Of a stretch of 64,000 nucleotides of DNA, positions 33,670-43,733 are shown in pieces. Made by a program: the position numbers and the translations under genes. Every line of letters begins with the position of its first letter. Position 1 is the first letter of the stretch. Below the pieces are notes generated by a model. The model was not told where the DNA came from. It did no database searches and saw only the letters and a list, made by a program, of their open reading frames with translations. Source of the DNA: a virus (taxonomy: Duplodnaviria > Caudoviricetes); the IMG/VR virus record IMGVR_UViG_2841531823_000001, positions 32,356 to 96,355 of that record. One strand, written 5' to 3'.

Positions 33670-34176
33670 TCAGAGCTTGGCCGCCTGAGCGAGCCTGGAC
33701 CGGACCAGCGCATCGAGCGTGCTCGCCGGCGGGGCCAGCTGTTTCAGCGCATCCGGCACCGAATCCCGGACATAGCTCGCGACGAACTCAGTCGCCGCAT
33801 CGGGGGCAAGCTTCCGCGCCACCGCCACCCGTGCAGCCGTCATGATGGCCGAGTGCAGCGCCTCGCGGTGCCGGGCCTCGATCTGGATCCCGGTCCAGCG
33901 CTGGAAGCGAAGGGTCGCGAACCCGATCAGCGCGGTCAGTGCCACGCCTGCGAGATCGAGGAGGCTCGGCGCTAGGGCGGTCAGCAGTCCGCTGCCGGTC
34001 GAGGCGGCGGCAGGGAGGGCGAGCGTGGCGAGGATGATGGCCGAGATCACCGAAACGGTCCCCCGGGCGATGGCCGCGACCAGCGGCCAGCCGACGAACA
34101 AGATGAAGGCCAGCGCGCAGAGGGCGAGCATGAGCACGAGGGGCGTCGGGGGCGCGAGGGTGAAGATCGGGGACAT
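33670..34176 (-). CDS. Lysis-module membrane protein
   Basis: Several hydrophobic helices; IEARHREALHSAI; follows the endolysin. Confidence 0.75.
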   Translation of the reverse strand: MSPIFTLAPPTPLVLMLALCALAFILFVGWPLVAAIARGTVSVISAIILATLALPAAASTGSGLLTALAPSLLDLAGVALTALIGFATLRFQRWTGIQIEARHREALHSAIMTAARVAVARKLAPDAATEFVASYVRDSVPDALKQLAPPASTLDALVRSRLAQAAKL

Positions 34177-34188
34177 GGGCTCTCTCCT

Positions 34189-34986
34189 TCAGAGGCGGGC
34201 GAACTGGAAATGCATCCAGTCGCGGTTGCAGGCGCGGCCGAGGCTGGTGGCGCCGGCGGCTTCGACGATGGTCCAGAAGGGCTCGTAGGCGGGCGCAGCG
34301 AAGCTCGCCCGGTCCCGGCCCCAGCGGAGCGGGTTGCGCTCGGGGTCGAGGTCGACCGCGATCCCCCAGGCGTGCATGGAGAGGTTGGAGCCGCCGCGCA
34401 TGGGCCGGTGATTGAAGCAGCCGCCGAAGAGGTTCAGCCGCAGCCGCTCGAACTCGGCCGCGCCGTAGTGGGCGACCGCCTCGCGGAAGATCCGCGTCAT
34501 CGGCGCCGCCACCAGCTTGTGGCACCGGAAGCTCGTGATGCTCGTGTTGAGATCCCAGGCAAGCCGGAACGGGAGCGGCAGCTCGACGATCCCGGCCGTG
34601 CAATCTGGGCCGCCCGCCACGCCGTAGAAGGTCGCCACCGACTCCTGTCGCGGATAGGCGCCCTGGGCATCGGCCACGGCATGTCCCGAAAGGGGCAGCC
34701 GCTCGACGGCGGCGCGCACCGGCCCGGAGGCCCAGGCGGTCAGCGCCTCGCGCGTGTTCGGCCCGAGGAGCCCGTCGATCCGGCCGGGTGCGTGCCCGAG
34801 CCGCGCCAGTACCGCCTGGCCGGCCGCGATTCGCTGCCGGCGGGAAGGCCAGGTGCGCCAGGGCACCGCCTCTCCCTCGAGCGCGGCGAGTGCGGCCGCC
34901 TGGGTCAGCGGCCCCGCGTCGCCGTCGATGGCGCCGCGGTAGAGCCCCGCGGCCGCAAGCAGCCGCTGGATGTCGGATGTCGTCAC
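34189..34986 (-). CDS. Endolysin: PG-binding domains plus M15 peptidase
   Basis: IDGDAGPLT / IDGLLGPNT; SMHAWGIAVD; DWMHFQ. Confidence 0.9.
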   Translation of the reverse strand: MTTSDIQRLLAAAGLYRGAIDGDAGPLTQAAALAALEGEAVPWRTWPSRRQRIAAGQAVLARLGHAPGRIDGLLGPNTREALTAWASGPVRAAVERLPLSGHAVADAQGAYPRQESVATFYGVAGGPDCTAGIVELPLPFRLAWDLNTSITSFRCHKLVAAPMTRIFREAVAHYGAAEFERLRLNLFGGCFNHRPMRGGSNLSMHAWGIAVDLDPERNPLRWGRDRASFAAPAYEPFWTIVEAAGATSLGRACNRDWMHFQFARL

Positions 34987-35052
34987 GTCTTTCTCCATAT
35001 GCAAAAGCCCCGCTCGAGGACGGGGCACGGGTGGTCGGACTGGTGGGATTTT

Positions 35053-35859
35053 TCAGAGGAGGGTCGCGACCCGCTCGCGGTTCGAGACGAGGAGCTCCTG
35101 CGCCTCGGTGCCGCCCGCCGCGGAGACCGAGTAGCTCAGCCGCACCGGCTCGAGGTGGAACCGGCCGAAGAGCGCCCGGATCTCCGGCGTGTCATTGATC
35201 GACAGGAGGAAGGCACCCTTGAGGCCGCCGAGGATCTCGGCGATCCGCGCGAACTGCGCCCGGTCGAAGAGGCCTTTCCCGTAGTCGTTCTCGCCGCCGA
35301 AGTAGGGCGGGTCGAGATAGAAGAGCGTCTCAGCCGCGTCGTAACGCGGGATCAGGTCGGCCCAGTCGAGGCTCTCGAAGACCACGCCATCGAGCCGCTC
35401 GTGGGCAGCGTCGAGCATCGGCTCGAGGCGCGCGAGCGAGAAGCGGGGCCCGTGCCCGGCCGAGACGCCGAAGACCCCGTCGAGCTTGCCGCCGAAGCTG
35501 AGGCGCTGGAGGTAGAGGAACCGCGCGGCCCGCTCGAGGTCGGTGAGCGTGGCGGGGTCGGTGAGCCGCAGCCGATCGAACTCGCGCCGGCTGCAGATCT
35601 GGAAGCGCATGATCTCGAGGAGCTGGGGATAGTGCCGCTGCAGGATCCGGAAGAGGTTGATGATCTCGCCGTTGCGGTCGTTCATCACCTCGAGACGCGG
35701 CCGGAACCTACGGCGGAGGAAGATCCCGCCCATGCCGACGAAGGGCTCGACATAGGCGCGGTGCGGGATGGCCTCGATCCGCTCGAGGATGAGCGGGTGG
35801 AGACGTTTCTTGCCGCCGAGCCACGGGGCCACCGGGGCGGCGGGAGCTACTTGTTTCAT
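35053..35859 (-). CDS. D12-class (Dam-like) adenine methyltransferase
   Basis: PWLGGKKRL, YVEPFVGMGG, FYLDPPY. Confidence 0.92.
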   Translation of the reverse strand: MKQVAPAAPVAPWLGGKKRLHPLILERIEAIPHRAYVEPFVGMGGIFLRRRFRPRLEVMNDRNGEIINLFRILQRHYPQLLEIMRFQICSRREFDRLRLTDPATLTDLERAARFLYLQRLSFGGKLDGVFGVSAGHGPRFSLARLEPMLDAAHERLDGVVFESLDWADLIPRYDAAETLFYLDPPYFGGENDYGKGLFDRAQFARIAEILGGLKGAFLLSINDTPEIRALFGRFHLEPVRLSYSVSAAGGTEAQELLVSNRERVATLL

Positions 35860-35954
35860 AAGGTGATTCTGCCTCACAAGGCGCCTGCCCTCGCGAGGGG
35901 TGGCAGGCAGTCTGAAAGGCGACGGACAGGCTGGCGCGGTCGTGGGTGAGACTA

Positions 35955-36005
35955 TGGCCGCGTGGTTCGGGCTGTTCGCGCAGCCCGGCCCCTGCCTGAG
36001 GGGCA
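35955..36005 (-). ncRNA. Two-hairpin leader upstream of the D12 methylase, possible D12-methyl RNA motif
   Basis: GCCCCT-CAGGC-AGGGGC followed by CGGGCTG-CGCGAA-CAGCCCG-AACCACGCGG. Confidence 0.45.
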
Positions 36006-36231
36006 TTACGGGCGCCCCGAGGAAGGGGCGCGCCGGATCTCGATTGTTGAGGCTGCAGACCCCAAACTGGACATGCTACGGCAGAGCCCTGGCGTCTGCA
36101 GCTCGACATCCAGCGTCACATCCCCATGCCACCAAAGGCCAAAGCCTCGTGGCCCGCATTGGTGCTGCTTGATGAGCGCATTAGGGAGTGCCACAAGGGT
36201 AATATACGCCTGCAGTTGATAAGGAACCCAT

Positions 36232-37230
36232 ATGGACCTCGATGATCTATACCGCCTTCTGCGTGTCTCGCACGTGCAGGCTCAGGGCATCGTCGACACC
36301 ATCCGGGACCCGCTGCTCGTCCTCTCGAGCGACCTGACGGTCATCAGTGCGAACCCGGCCTTCTACCGGACCTTCGCGACCGACCGGGACAGCACCATCG
36401 GCCGCCTGCTCTACGAGCTCGGCAACGGCCAGTGGAACATCCCCGAACTGCGCTCGCTGCTCGAGAACGTGATCCCGAAGAGCGCGTCCGTCGCGGATTA
36501 CGAGGTGCAGACCGAGTTTCCGGACGTGGGCCTGCGAACCATGCTGGTCAGCGCGCAACGCCTGATCCACCCAGACAATGGGCAGCGTGTGCTCCTCTTC
36601 TCAATCGTGGATGCGACCGCCCGGCGTCAGATGGAGGTCGCGAAGGACTTCCTGATCAACGAGCTCGATCACCGCATCAAGAACCTGATGTCAGTGACGC
36701 AGGCCCTGACCCGACAGACGTCCGTCGAAGGCAGAAGCGCCGAGGACTACCGTGATGCTTTGCTGGGACGTTTCGATGCCCTTGCAAGGTCGCTGGAAGT
36801 GGCGGCGCACAAGAAGACGTCGCGACTGCCGGATCTGGCACTCGCCGCGATGGAGCCTCATCTGGAGACGGCTCCTGCCGTCGTCATTGCGGAAGGGCCG
36901 GTCGTCCAGCTCTCCTCTTCGCAGGCCACCTCACTTGGCCTGATCCTCCATGAGCTGGCGACGAATGCCGCGAAATACGGAGCTCTGTCCACGTCGAGTG
37001 GAACCGTGACGCTGGACTGGGAGGTCGTCTCGGACGAGGGTAGCCCGGCAAAAGTGCATCTGCGATGGCAGGAACGAGGGGGGCCGCAGGTGGCGGCACC
37101 CTCTAAGACCGGCTTCGGCACCCGTCTGATCAAGTTCACGACCGAGTTCGAATTGGGCGGTTCTGCGGAACTTTCCTATGAGCCTCATGGTTTCGTGGCC
37201 GAGTTGGGCTTTCCGAGCCAGACCTCCTGA
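36232..37230 (+). CDS. PAS domain plus HWE-family histidine kinase
   Basis: ELDHRIKN H-box, LHELATNAAKYGALS N-box, WQERGGP, GFGTRL. Confidence 0.92.
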   Translation: MDLDDLYRLLRVSHVQAQGIVDTIRDPLLVLSSDLTVISANPAFYRTFATDRDSTIGRLLYELGNGQWNIPELRSLLENVIPKSASVADYEVQTEFPDVGLRTMLVSAQRLIHPDNGQRVLLFSIVDATARRQMEVAKDFLINELDHRIKNLMSVTQALTRQTSVEGRSAEDYRDALLGRFDALARSLEVAAHKKTSRLPDLALAAMEPHLETAPAVVIAEGPVVQLSSSQATSLGLILHELATNAAKYGALSTSSGTVTLDWEVVSDEGSPAKVHLRWQERGGPQVAAPSKTGFGTRLIKFTTEFELGGSAELSYEPHGFVAELGFPSQTS

Positions 37231-37242
37231 CCGGAGTTTACC

Positions 37243-37632
37243 ATGCCGAACGAGCCGGCCGAGCCTCGTCAGAAGCGGGGCCTGCTCGTCCTTGTTGTAG
37301 AGGACGAATTCCTGATCGCCATCGACCTGCAGTCGATGCTGGAAGATGTGGGCTACGCCGTTCTCGGGCCGGTCGGCACGGTTGATGCCGCGCTCAGGAT
37401 CGTGGAGGAGGCGCGCCCGGACGTGGTGTCGCTCGATCTGAACCTGCGAGGCCAGTCCGCGATCCCCGTGGCCGAGAAGCTGCGCGCGCTCGAAATCCCG
37501 TTCATTGTCACGTCGGCCAACAGGACCTTTGACTTTCCCGGCGGCGAGATCCTGACCGGCGTCACAGTGATCGGAAAGCCGGTCCACCCGCGCATGCTGA
37601 TCGAGGCCTTGCGCCACGCTTGCCACGCATGA
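37243..37632 (+). CDS. Single-domain response regulator
   Basis: VLVVEDE, LDLNL, PFIVTS, GKP. Confidence 0.9.
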   Translation: MPNEPAEPRQKRGLLVLVVEDEFLIAIDLQSMLEDVGYAVLGPVGTVDAALRIVEEARPDVVSLDLNLRGQSAIPVAEKLRALEIPFIVTSANRTFDFPGGEILTGVTVIGKPVHPRMLIEALRHACHA

Positions 37633-37702
37633 TCGACGGAGCCGCCGCAGAGAGGCCTTTATCCGATCCCGAGCGGCGCTCTGCTCGCTTCGATATCGTC
37701 TG

Positions 37703-38020
37703 TCACCCCGCGCTTCTTCCCCGCCAGAGCCGCTCCAGCATCGCCGTGGTGCCCCGCGGGCCGAGATAGGCCAGCATCGCGACGAGGCCCATCGCCGCGC
37801 GGCCGTCGAGGTTGAGGTACGAGCTCAGGGCCTCGCCGATGAAGGCCATGGCGACGAGGGCGGGGATCTCCCAGAGGAGCTCGCGGCCGAAGAAGGCGCG
37901 GCGGCGGGCGCGGACCTCGCCCGTGTGATACATGAGCCGCCCCATGGCGGCCGCGATCAGCGTGGCGATGGCCCCGCCCCAGAGCGCCGTGATGGTGTCG
38001 ATCAGTCCCTTTTCCGGCAT
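37703..38020 (-). CDS. Phage holin
   Basis: Three hydrophobic segments, LAYLGPRG motif, upstream of the lysis genes. Confidence 0.75.
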   Translation of the reverse strand: MPEKGLIDTITALWGGAIATLIAAAMGRLMYHTGEVRARRRAFFGRELLWEIPALVAMAFIGEALSSYLNLDGRAAMGLVAMLAYLGPRGTTAMLERLWRGRSAG

Positions 38021-38111
38021 CGCGCCGCTCCTGTTGTGCGCGACCTGCGCGGTGGGGGCCCGGCCGGGAGCGGCCGGGTCCTGTCATGATGATCGGGAAG
38101 GCTGGGGCGCC

Positions 38112-38327
38112 TCAGGCGGCCGGCGGCTCGGGCCAGGCGATCTCGGCCGGGAAGCCCGGCTGCTCGGGCACGTCGCGGAGCGCCTGGCGGTAGGCGGTCC
38201 AGGCGGCGGCGTCGGGGCGGTCGGGGGCCGTGCGCCAGTCGGTCTCGGCGAGGCGGCGGTCGCGTTCGGCGCGGGCCCGCTCGGCCTGGATCGCGCGCTT
38301 CCTCTCGGGATCGATGCGGACGATCAT
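38112..38327 (-). CDS. Tail fibre assembly chaperone
   Basis: RAERDRRLAETDW...YRQALRDVP..GFP..WP. Confidence 0.85.
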   Translation of the reverse strand: MIVRIDPERKRAIQAERARAERDRRLAETDWRTAPDRPDAAAWTAYRQALRDVPEQPGFPAEIAWPEPPAA

Positions 38328-38542
38328 GCGCCCACCCCATCGGTGAGGTCGGCCTCGTCGACCGTCCAGGCGGCGCGGAATTCGCGGTCGGCCGGCAGCT
38401 CGGAGGCGTCCAGGATCCTGTAGGGCTTGCCCGTGGGCACGTCCTTCGCGGCGATCTCCTCGAGCGTGAGCCCGCAGCCGGGCGCCGGAGTGATGACGGC
38501 CACGCCGCCGTCGTCAGTCTGATAGATGATGCGCTTTCTCAT
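38324..38542 (-). CDS. Fibre-associated hypothetical protein
   Basis: IIYQ..GGVAVITP..IAAKDVP..FRAAWT. Confidence 0.75.
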   Translation of the reverse strand: MRKRIIYQTDDGGVAVITPAPGCGLTLEEIAAKDVPTGKPYRILDASELPADREFRAAWTVDEADLTDGVGA

Positions 38543-38550
38543 TCCCGCTC

Positions 38551-39363
38551 CTATCGAAAGACCGAGATGCAGACGACTTCGCTGTCGTAGAACGTCCCGT
38601 TTCCGTTGTTCAGGCGAATGGTGCAGCCGCTCGCGGTCGGGAGGGCGTCGATCATGACGGCGAGGCTGCCGGCCCCCTTGCAGGTGCTGACGAGGGCGTA
38701 ATTCTCATCCTGCATCGGCGTGGCGAAGTTGATCGTATATCTGCCGGTCCCGTGGTCGGTGATGCTCGAGACGTTCGCGCCGGTGCGGATCGTGGGGGAG
38801 GCGCCGGTGCCGTCGAAGCTCACCCAGGCGCGGCAGGTGAACCTCGGCGCCGCGCCCGCCGACCCGAACACGGCCGCCAGCTTCGCCGGGCTGAGGACGG
38901 CCTCGGTCGTGTCGGAGGGATCGCGCCATTGCGCTGTCGTCCGCGTGATGCCGTTGATTGTCGGATCGCCGGCGCTTCCCGAGCCGTAGAGGATCTGGAT
39001 GCCATTGTTGCCGCCGGAGGTGAGGCTGCGCGCCACGACCCCGCCGCTGGTCTTGACCATGATGCCCGTGCCAGCCGCCTCGAGCTGATCGCCCGCGGGG
39101 CGCGCCACGAGCTCGGGGCCGCTGCCGTCCTCCTTCACCCGGAGGAACTGGCCGGCCTTGCCCGCAAGCGACGGCAGGTCGCCCCCGAGTGCTGCGGTGA
39201 GCGCGGCCTCGGCCTGACCTTCCGTGAAGCGCGCGATCGCCTCGATCCAGGTGGGGAAGGCGCCCCATTGATAGAGGATCGTGGCCTCGGCATTGGCGCT
39301 GAAGGTCTCGGGGTTCGAGCGCAGCGCCGGGGGCGGAGCGGGGGGTCTCGGAGGGATGGGCAT
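38551..39363 (-). CDS. Tail fibre / receptor-binding protein
   Basis: Pro-rich N-terminus; C-terminal CRAWVSFDG..NVSSITDHGTGRYTINF. Confidence 0.8.
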   Translation of the reverse strand: MPIPPRPPAPPPALRSNPETFSANAEATILYQWGAFPTWIEAIARFTEGQAEAALTAALGGDLPSLAGKAGQFLRVKEDGSGPELVARPAGDQLEAAGTGIMVKTSGGVVARSLTSGGNNGIQILYGSGSAGDPTINGITRTTAQWRDPSDTTEAVLSPAKLAAVFGSAGAAPRFTCRAWVSFDGTGASPTIRTGANVSSITDHGTGRYTINFATPMQDENYALVSTCKGAGSLAVMIDALPTASGCTIRLNNGNGTFYDSEVVCISVFR

Positions 39364-40301
39364 CAGACGATTCCTTGCACGTCGATCTGCAGGAGGCTCC
39401 ACCCGTCCGTCTGGTAGGCCGAGCGGTAGCCGCGATAGAAGCCGTAGTTCATGGCGGCCTTTCTCGGATCGTCGTCGCCGATCCAGACCGCCGCCGTGCC
39501 GCCCCGGAGGGTGCGGAGGCGGGCGTCGAGGCCGAGGAGCCGGGCGTTCTCGACCCAGACCTCGAAGCTGCTGAGGCGGGTCGCCGCGCGCCTCACGGTG
39601 GTCAGGTCGCCGAACTCGTCCTGCGCCACATAGCTGAAGTCGACGCCCTGGAAGCCCGAGCCCTTGATCGCCGTGCGGCCCACCGGCCAGAGCGGCCCGC
39701 AGACGAGCTGGCCGATGCTGACGGTGCCGCCCGGGCGCAGCGCCTCGATCCTGAGGATAGCATTGGCATAGGGCGGCAGGTCGGTCAGGACGAACTCCGA
39801 GAGCTCGGTGATCGGCTCGAAGAGATAGCTGGACCAGTCGCCGACCACCGTCTCGTCCTGCATCGCGATCTCGCGGGCATAGATCTCGGCGCCCGCGTTG
39901 GTCAGGGTCACGCGCACCTTCGCGGCCGAGATCTCGAAGCCCGCGACGCCCGCGATGGCCACGCCCGGGGCAAGCTCCACCGTGATCGCCTCGGCCGCGG
40001 TGGCCCGCGCCGAGGGTTTGCCGTCGAAGAGCCGCCAGCGGTTGGTGGCGCCGATCACCTGCCATTGCACCGGATCGGGGTCGTCGATCAGCGGATCGGC
40101 GAGCGCCAGCTGCTCGAGATCCGGATCGTGGCCGAGGTTGCCGTCCTGCAGCGAGCGATAGACCGTATGGCTCGCCCGGCTGATGACGAAGGCGCCGCGG
40201 GCATAGGTGACATTGGCCTTCCAGACCGGATGGTCGGTCTCCGGGATCGAGGCGGCGACGAGCTGCGCCTCGCCGATGGGCACGGGCTTCAGGATCTTCA
40301 T
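39363..40301 (-). CDS. Tail tip/hub protein
   Basis: MKILKP..ATNRWRLFD..DFS..DEFG; follows the tape measure. Confidence 0.75.
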   Translation of the reverse strand: MKILKPVPIGEAQLVAASIPETDHPVWKANVTYARGAFVISRASHTVYRSLQDGNLGHDPDLEQLALADPLIDDPDPVQWQVIGATNRWRLFDGKPSARATAAEAITVELAPGVAIAGVAGFEISAAKVRVTLTNAGAEIYAREIAMQDETVVGDWSSYLFEPITELSEFVLTDLPPYANAILRIEALRPGGTVSIGQLVCGPLWPVGRTAIKGSGFQGVDFSYVAQDEFGDLTTVRRAATRLSSFEVWVENARLLGLDARLRTLRGGTAAVWIGDDDPRKAAMNYGFYRGYRSAYQTDGWSLLQIDVQGIV

Positions 40302-40368
40302 GAGAGGATCTCCGGGAGGGCAGGGCCCCGTGTCATTCGCGCTTCGCGAACGGCGAGGCAGCGCGCCG

Positions 40369-43300
40369 TCATGCGGCGGGATCGAGGCTGGCGCGTTCCT
40401 GGACGGCGAGGAGCCGGGAGGTGAGGCGCGCGTTGTTGATGTCGCCCTCGCGCACGGCGGCGATGAGCTGGCCGAGGAGCGCGCGCACCTGCGGGTCGCC
40501 GCCGTCCGGCGCGGCCAGCCGGTAGCCCTCGACGGTCGTGGCATAGAGCGCCTCGGCCCGGGTGGCGAAGAGCGACTGGCGGTCGAGATCCTCGAGCGCC
40601 GAGGTGAGCGCCTCGGTCTGATCGGTGATGGCCGCCATCGCGGGGGCGAGCTGGATCAGCTTTGCTGCCAGCTCCTCGTCGCCCGCGCCGAAGGCCGCGT
40701 CCACGAGATCGCGGAAGGCGCGGGTGCTGCCCGGGAGCGTGTCGATGCCCAGAAGGTTCAGCGCCTCGCCCAGCTCCTTCTTCGCCTGCGCGAGCCGCTC
40801 GCCGTCGCTGTAGAAGGCGCCGTAATAGGCGGCCACCGCCTCGTTCATGGCCTCGGTGCCGCCGAAGATCTCGGCGAAGTCCCAGGCCTCGCCGCCGCCC
40901 GCGAGCGAGCCCGCGAAGTCCGCCTTGCCGAGCCGGTCCATCCAGACATTGGCCGACGACAGCGCGCCCGCGAGCCGGGTCAGCGTCTCGGTGGCGGTCT
41001 CGCCGGTGACCTGCAGCGCCTTGAACTCGTCGGAGAGTTGGTAGACCGTCTTCGTCGTGGCGCCCAGGATGGCGGCGAGCTTCGGGCTGAGCCCACTCAG
41101 CGCGCCGAACAGGCCGTTCCCCTCTGTCACCTGAGTGGGCGCGCCGAAGATCTGCGCCACCATCTCGTCGGAGATCTTGCCGAGCTGCTCCTGCAGGGCG
41201 GCCTGCGCCTCCTCCGCGCTCATGCCCTTGGTCGAGAATTTGAACGAGGTCGAGAAGCCCTCGAGCGCATCGTCGGCGGCGCCGAACAGGGCGCCCATCC
41301 CGCCCAGATCGATCCGCATCGCATCGAGCGTCTCGTCGAGGGCGGCCTGCATCTCGGGATCGAGCGCCTTGCGTTTGGTCTTGTTCGACCGAAAGACGCC
41401 GCCCTTGTAGAACTGATAGCTGTTGCCGCTGAAGGTGCCGTCGACATAGCGGCCCTCGAGCCCGCTGTCCTTCAGCTTGCGCCCGAAGAGCGCGTTCGCC
41501 ACGCCGCCCACCGCGCCGCCGATCAGCGCACCGATGGGTCCGCCGGCCAGAAAGCCGACGCCCGCGCCGAGCCCGCTGGTGATCGAGGGGTTCCTGCCGA
41601 TCAGGCTGTAGCCCCCCGACAGGAACCCGCCGATGGCCGCGCCGCCCAGAAGCGAGCCCGCGATGGTGCCCAAGGCCGAGGCCCCGCCGAACACGCCCGC
41701 GGCGCTCGCATTCATCGAGGCGGTCCAGGCCTGCACGCCCGCCGAGAGCCCGCCCTCCATCGCGGCCGCGAGCCCGGCCTGCAGCGGCCCGGTGATGCCG
41801 CCGATGAAGTTGCCCACCGCGCCGCCGATGTTGCCGAGAAGGCCGAGCCCGCCGGTGCCGCCCGAGGACGTGCCGGCGAGGCTGTATCCGCCGGCCGACC
41901 AGCCGCCCGAGAGGCCCAGACCCACGCGGACGGTGAAGCTGTTCTTCAGGAAGAGCGCCATCAGCTCCCGCACCGTCTGTTTGCCGAGATCGAGAAGGCC
42001 CCGGAAGCCGCCGCGGAAGCCGTCGAGCATCCAGTCGACCGCGCCGTCGACGAGGCTGTTGATCGCCTGCGAGACGTTGTTCGCGAGCGTGTCGGCCAGC
42101 CGCTTCGCCGCCGCCTCGGCCTCGGTCATGCCCTCCTTGAGCTCTCCCCCGGCCTTCTTGCCCGCGCCGCCGAGCTTCTTCACCTCGGCCGTGGTGGCGG
42201 CCACCGCCTTCGGCGCGGGGATCACGGTCGCCCCGCCGCCGCCGGTGGCGGTGACCTGCTTCACCGCCTCGGCCATCTCGCGGACGTTCCGCGTGAGCTC
42301 GCGCACCTTCTCGCGGCGCGCATCGAGGCTGCGCGATCCTTCCTCCGGGCCGGCCTGATCCATCAGGGACCCCGGCTGGATGTCCTCGCCCATGGCTTCG
42401 GCCAGCGCGAGCTCGGCCTCGGCCGCGGTCAGCGCCGCCTTCGCCTGCTCATAATGTGCGATGACGCGCTTGCGGCTCTCCTCGCGCGCGGCGGGGCTCG
42501 AGGCGGTGGCATAGGCCTCGAGCTCACCGCGCAGGGCGAGCTCCGCATCCCGCACATTATAAGCGGCGGTCTCGGCCAGGCCCGCGTTGTCGCGGAAGAC
42601 GAGGAAATAGGCCGCGGCCGATGCAATCGCCCCGGCGAGGATCCCCCAGGGCCCGCCGGCAATGGCGATGGCGGTGCGGAGCGCGCCGAGTGCGCCCGTC
42701 AGCGCAGTGGTGGCGAGCGTCGCGATCCCCATGCCGCTGGTCATGGTGGCGAGCGAGGCCACGAGCCCCGGCACCGCCGTGGCCGCAATCCCCACCAGCC
42801 CCGAGGCCAGAATGTCGGCATGATCGGCGAGCGTCAGGAGCCCCTGCGCGGCCCCGGCCGCCACCGTGCCGAGCCCGTCGAGCACGCTCCTGAGCGCGCC
42901 GCCCTCCTGCATCGAGGCGGTGAAGGCGAGCGCCATCGCCTCGACCGCCGGGGCGAGATCCGCCGCCATCCGGTCGCGCGCGCCCGCCACGGCCGTCGAG
43001 ACCTGCCCGAGCGCCAGATGCGTCCGCCGCAGCGCCTCCACCGCCTCGTCGCCCAGCACCGAGCCCAGCCCGGCCGCCGCCATCCCGAAGCGGTCCATCT
43101 CGGCGCCGTTGTCACGCAGGAGCGGCAGGAGGAGCGTCGCGTCGTTCGCGATGGCCTCCATGTAGAAGGTCATCTCGGCCTGCGTGACGCCGGCCTTCTC
43201 GAGGCTCGAGACATAGAGCTGCAGCGCCTGCGGCCCGGACAGATTGCGGAACTGGTCCGCCGTGACGCCCACCTTCGGCGCGATCTGCTCGAAGAAGTCC

Positions 43301-43659
43301 TTCATCTCGCCGCCGCCGGTCGAGAGGAAGTCGCCCACCTTGTCGTTCACATCCTTCAGGATGTCGGCGAGCTTCTCCTGCTCGACCCCCACCGTCCGCG
43401 CGCCCGCCGACCAGCGCTGCAGCGCCTCGGGCGTGGTGTTGGCGACCTGGGAGAGCCGCGAGATCTCGTTCGCCGCCCGCGCGGTGGGCGCCACGATCCC
43501 GGTGAGCGCCGCGCCCGCCGTGGCCCCCACGGCCGAGAAGGCCAGGAAGGAGCGCGCGGCGAGGCCGAGAGATCCTTGCGCCTTCTTCAGCCCGGTCTGG
43601 AACTCTGCGCTGTCGAGGCCGAGGTTCACCCTCAGCGCGCCGATCACCGATGCGGACAT
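40369..43659 (-). CDS. Tail tape measure protein
   Basis: IGALRVNLGLDSAEF start; Ala/Gly-rich, 1096 aa. Confidence 0.9.
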   Translation of the reverse strand: MSASVIGALRVNLGLDSAEFQTGLKKAQGSLGLAARSFLAFSAVGATAGAALTGIVAPTARAANEISRLSQVANTTPEALQRWSAGARTVGVEQEKLADILKDVNDKVGDFLSTGGGEMKDFFEQIAPKVGVTADQFRNLSGPQALQLYVSSLEKAGVTQAEMTFYMEAIANDATLLLPLLRDNGAEMDRFGMAAAGLGSVLGDEAVEALRRTHLALGQVSTAVAGARDRMAADLAPAVEAMALAFTASMQEGGALRSVLDGLGTVAAGAAQGLLTLADHADILASGLVGIAATAVPGLVASLATMTSGMGIATLATTALTGALGALRTAIAIAGGPWGILAGAIASAAAYFLVFRDNAGLAETAAYNVRDAELALRGELEAYATASSPAAREESRKRVIAHYEQAKAALTAAEAELALAEAMGEDIQPGSLMDQAGPEEGSRSLDARREKVRELTRNVREMAEAVKQVTATGGGGATVIPAPKAVAATTAEVKKLGGAGKKAGGELKEGMTEAEAAAKRLADTLANNVSQAINSLVDGAVDWMLDGFRGGFRGLLDLGKQTVRELMALFLKNSFTVRVGLGLSGGWSAGGYSLAGTSSGGTGGLGLLGNIGGAVGNFIGGITGPLQAGLAAAMEGGLSAGVQAWTASMNASAAGVFGGASALGTIAGSLLGGAAIGGFLSGGYSLIGRNPSITSGLGAGVGFLAGGPIGALIGGAVGGVANALFGRKLKDSGLEGRYVDGTFSGNSYQFYKGGVFRSNKTKRKALDPEMQAALDETLDAMRIDLGGMGALFGAADDALEGFSTSFKFSTKGMSAEEAQAALQEQLGKISDEMVAQIFGAPTQVTEGNGLFGALSGLSPKLAAILGATTKTVYQLSDEFKALQVTGETATETLTRLAGALSSANVWMDRLGKADFAGSLAGGGEAWDFAEIFGGTEAMNEAVAAYYGAFYSDGERLAQAKKELGEALNLLGIDTLPGSTRAFRDLVDAAFGAGDEELAAKLIQLAPAMAAITDQTEALTSALEDLDRQSLFATRAEALYATTVEGYRLAAPDGGDPQVRALLGQLIAAVREGDINNARLTSRLLAVQERASLDPAA

Positions 43660-43733
43660 GGCAGCTGCCTTTCGAGGAGAGGGAGGCGATGCGGGAGGGG
43701 GCGCCATTCACGAAGCGCGAATGGCGGGCCGGA

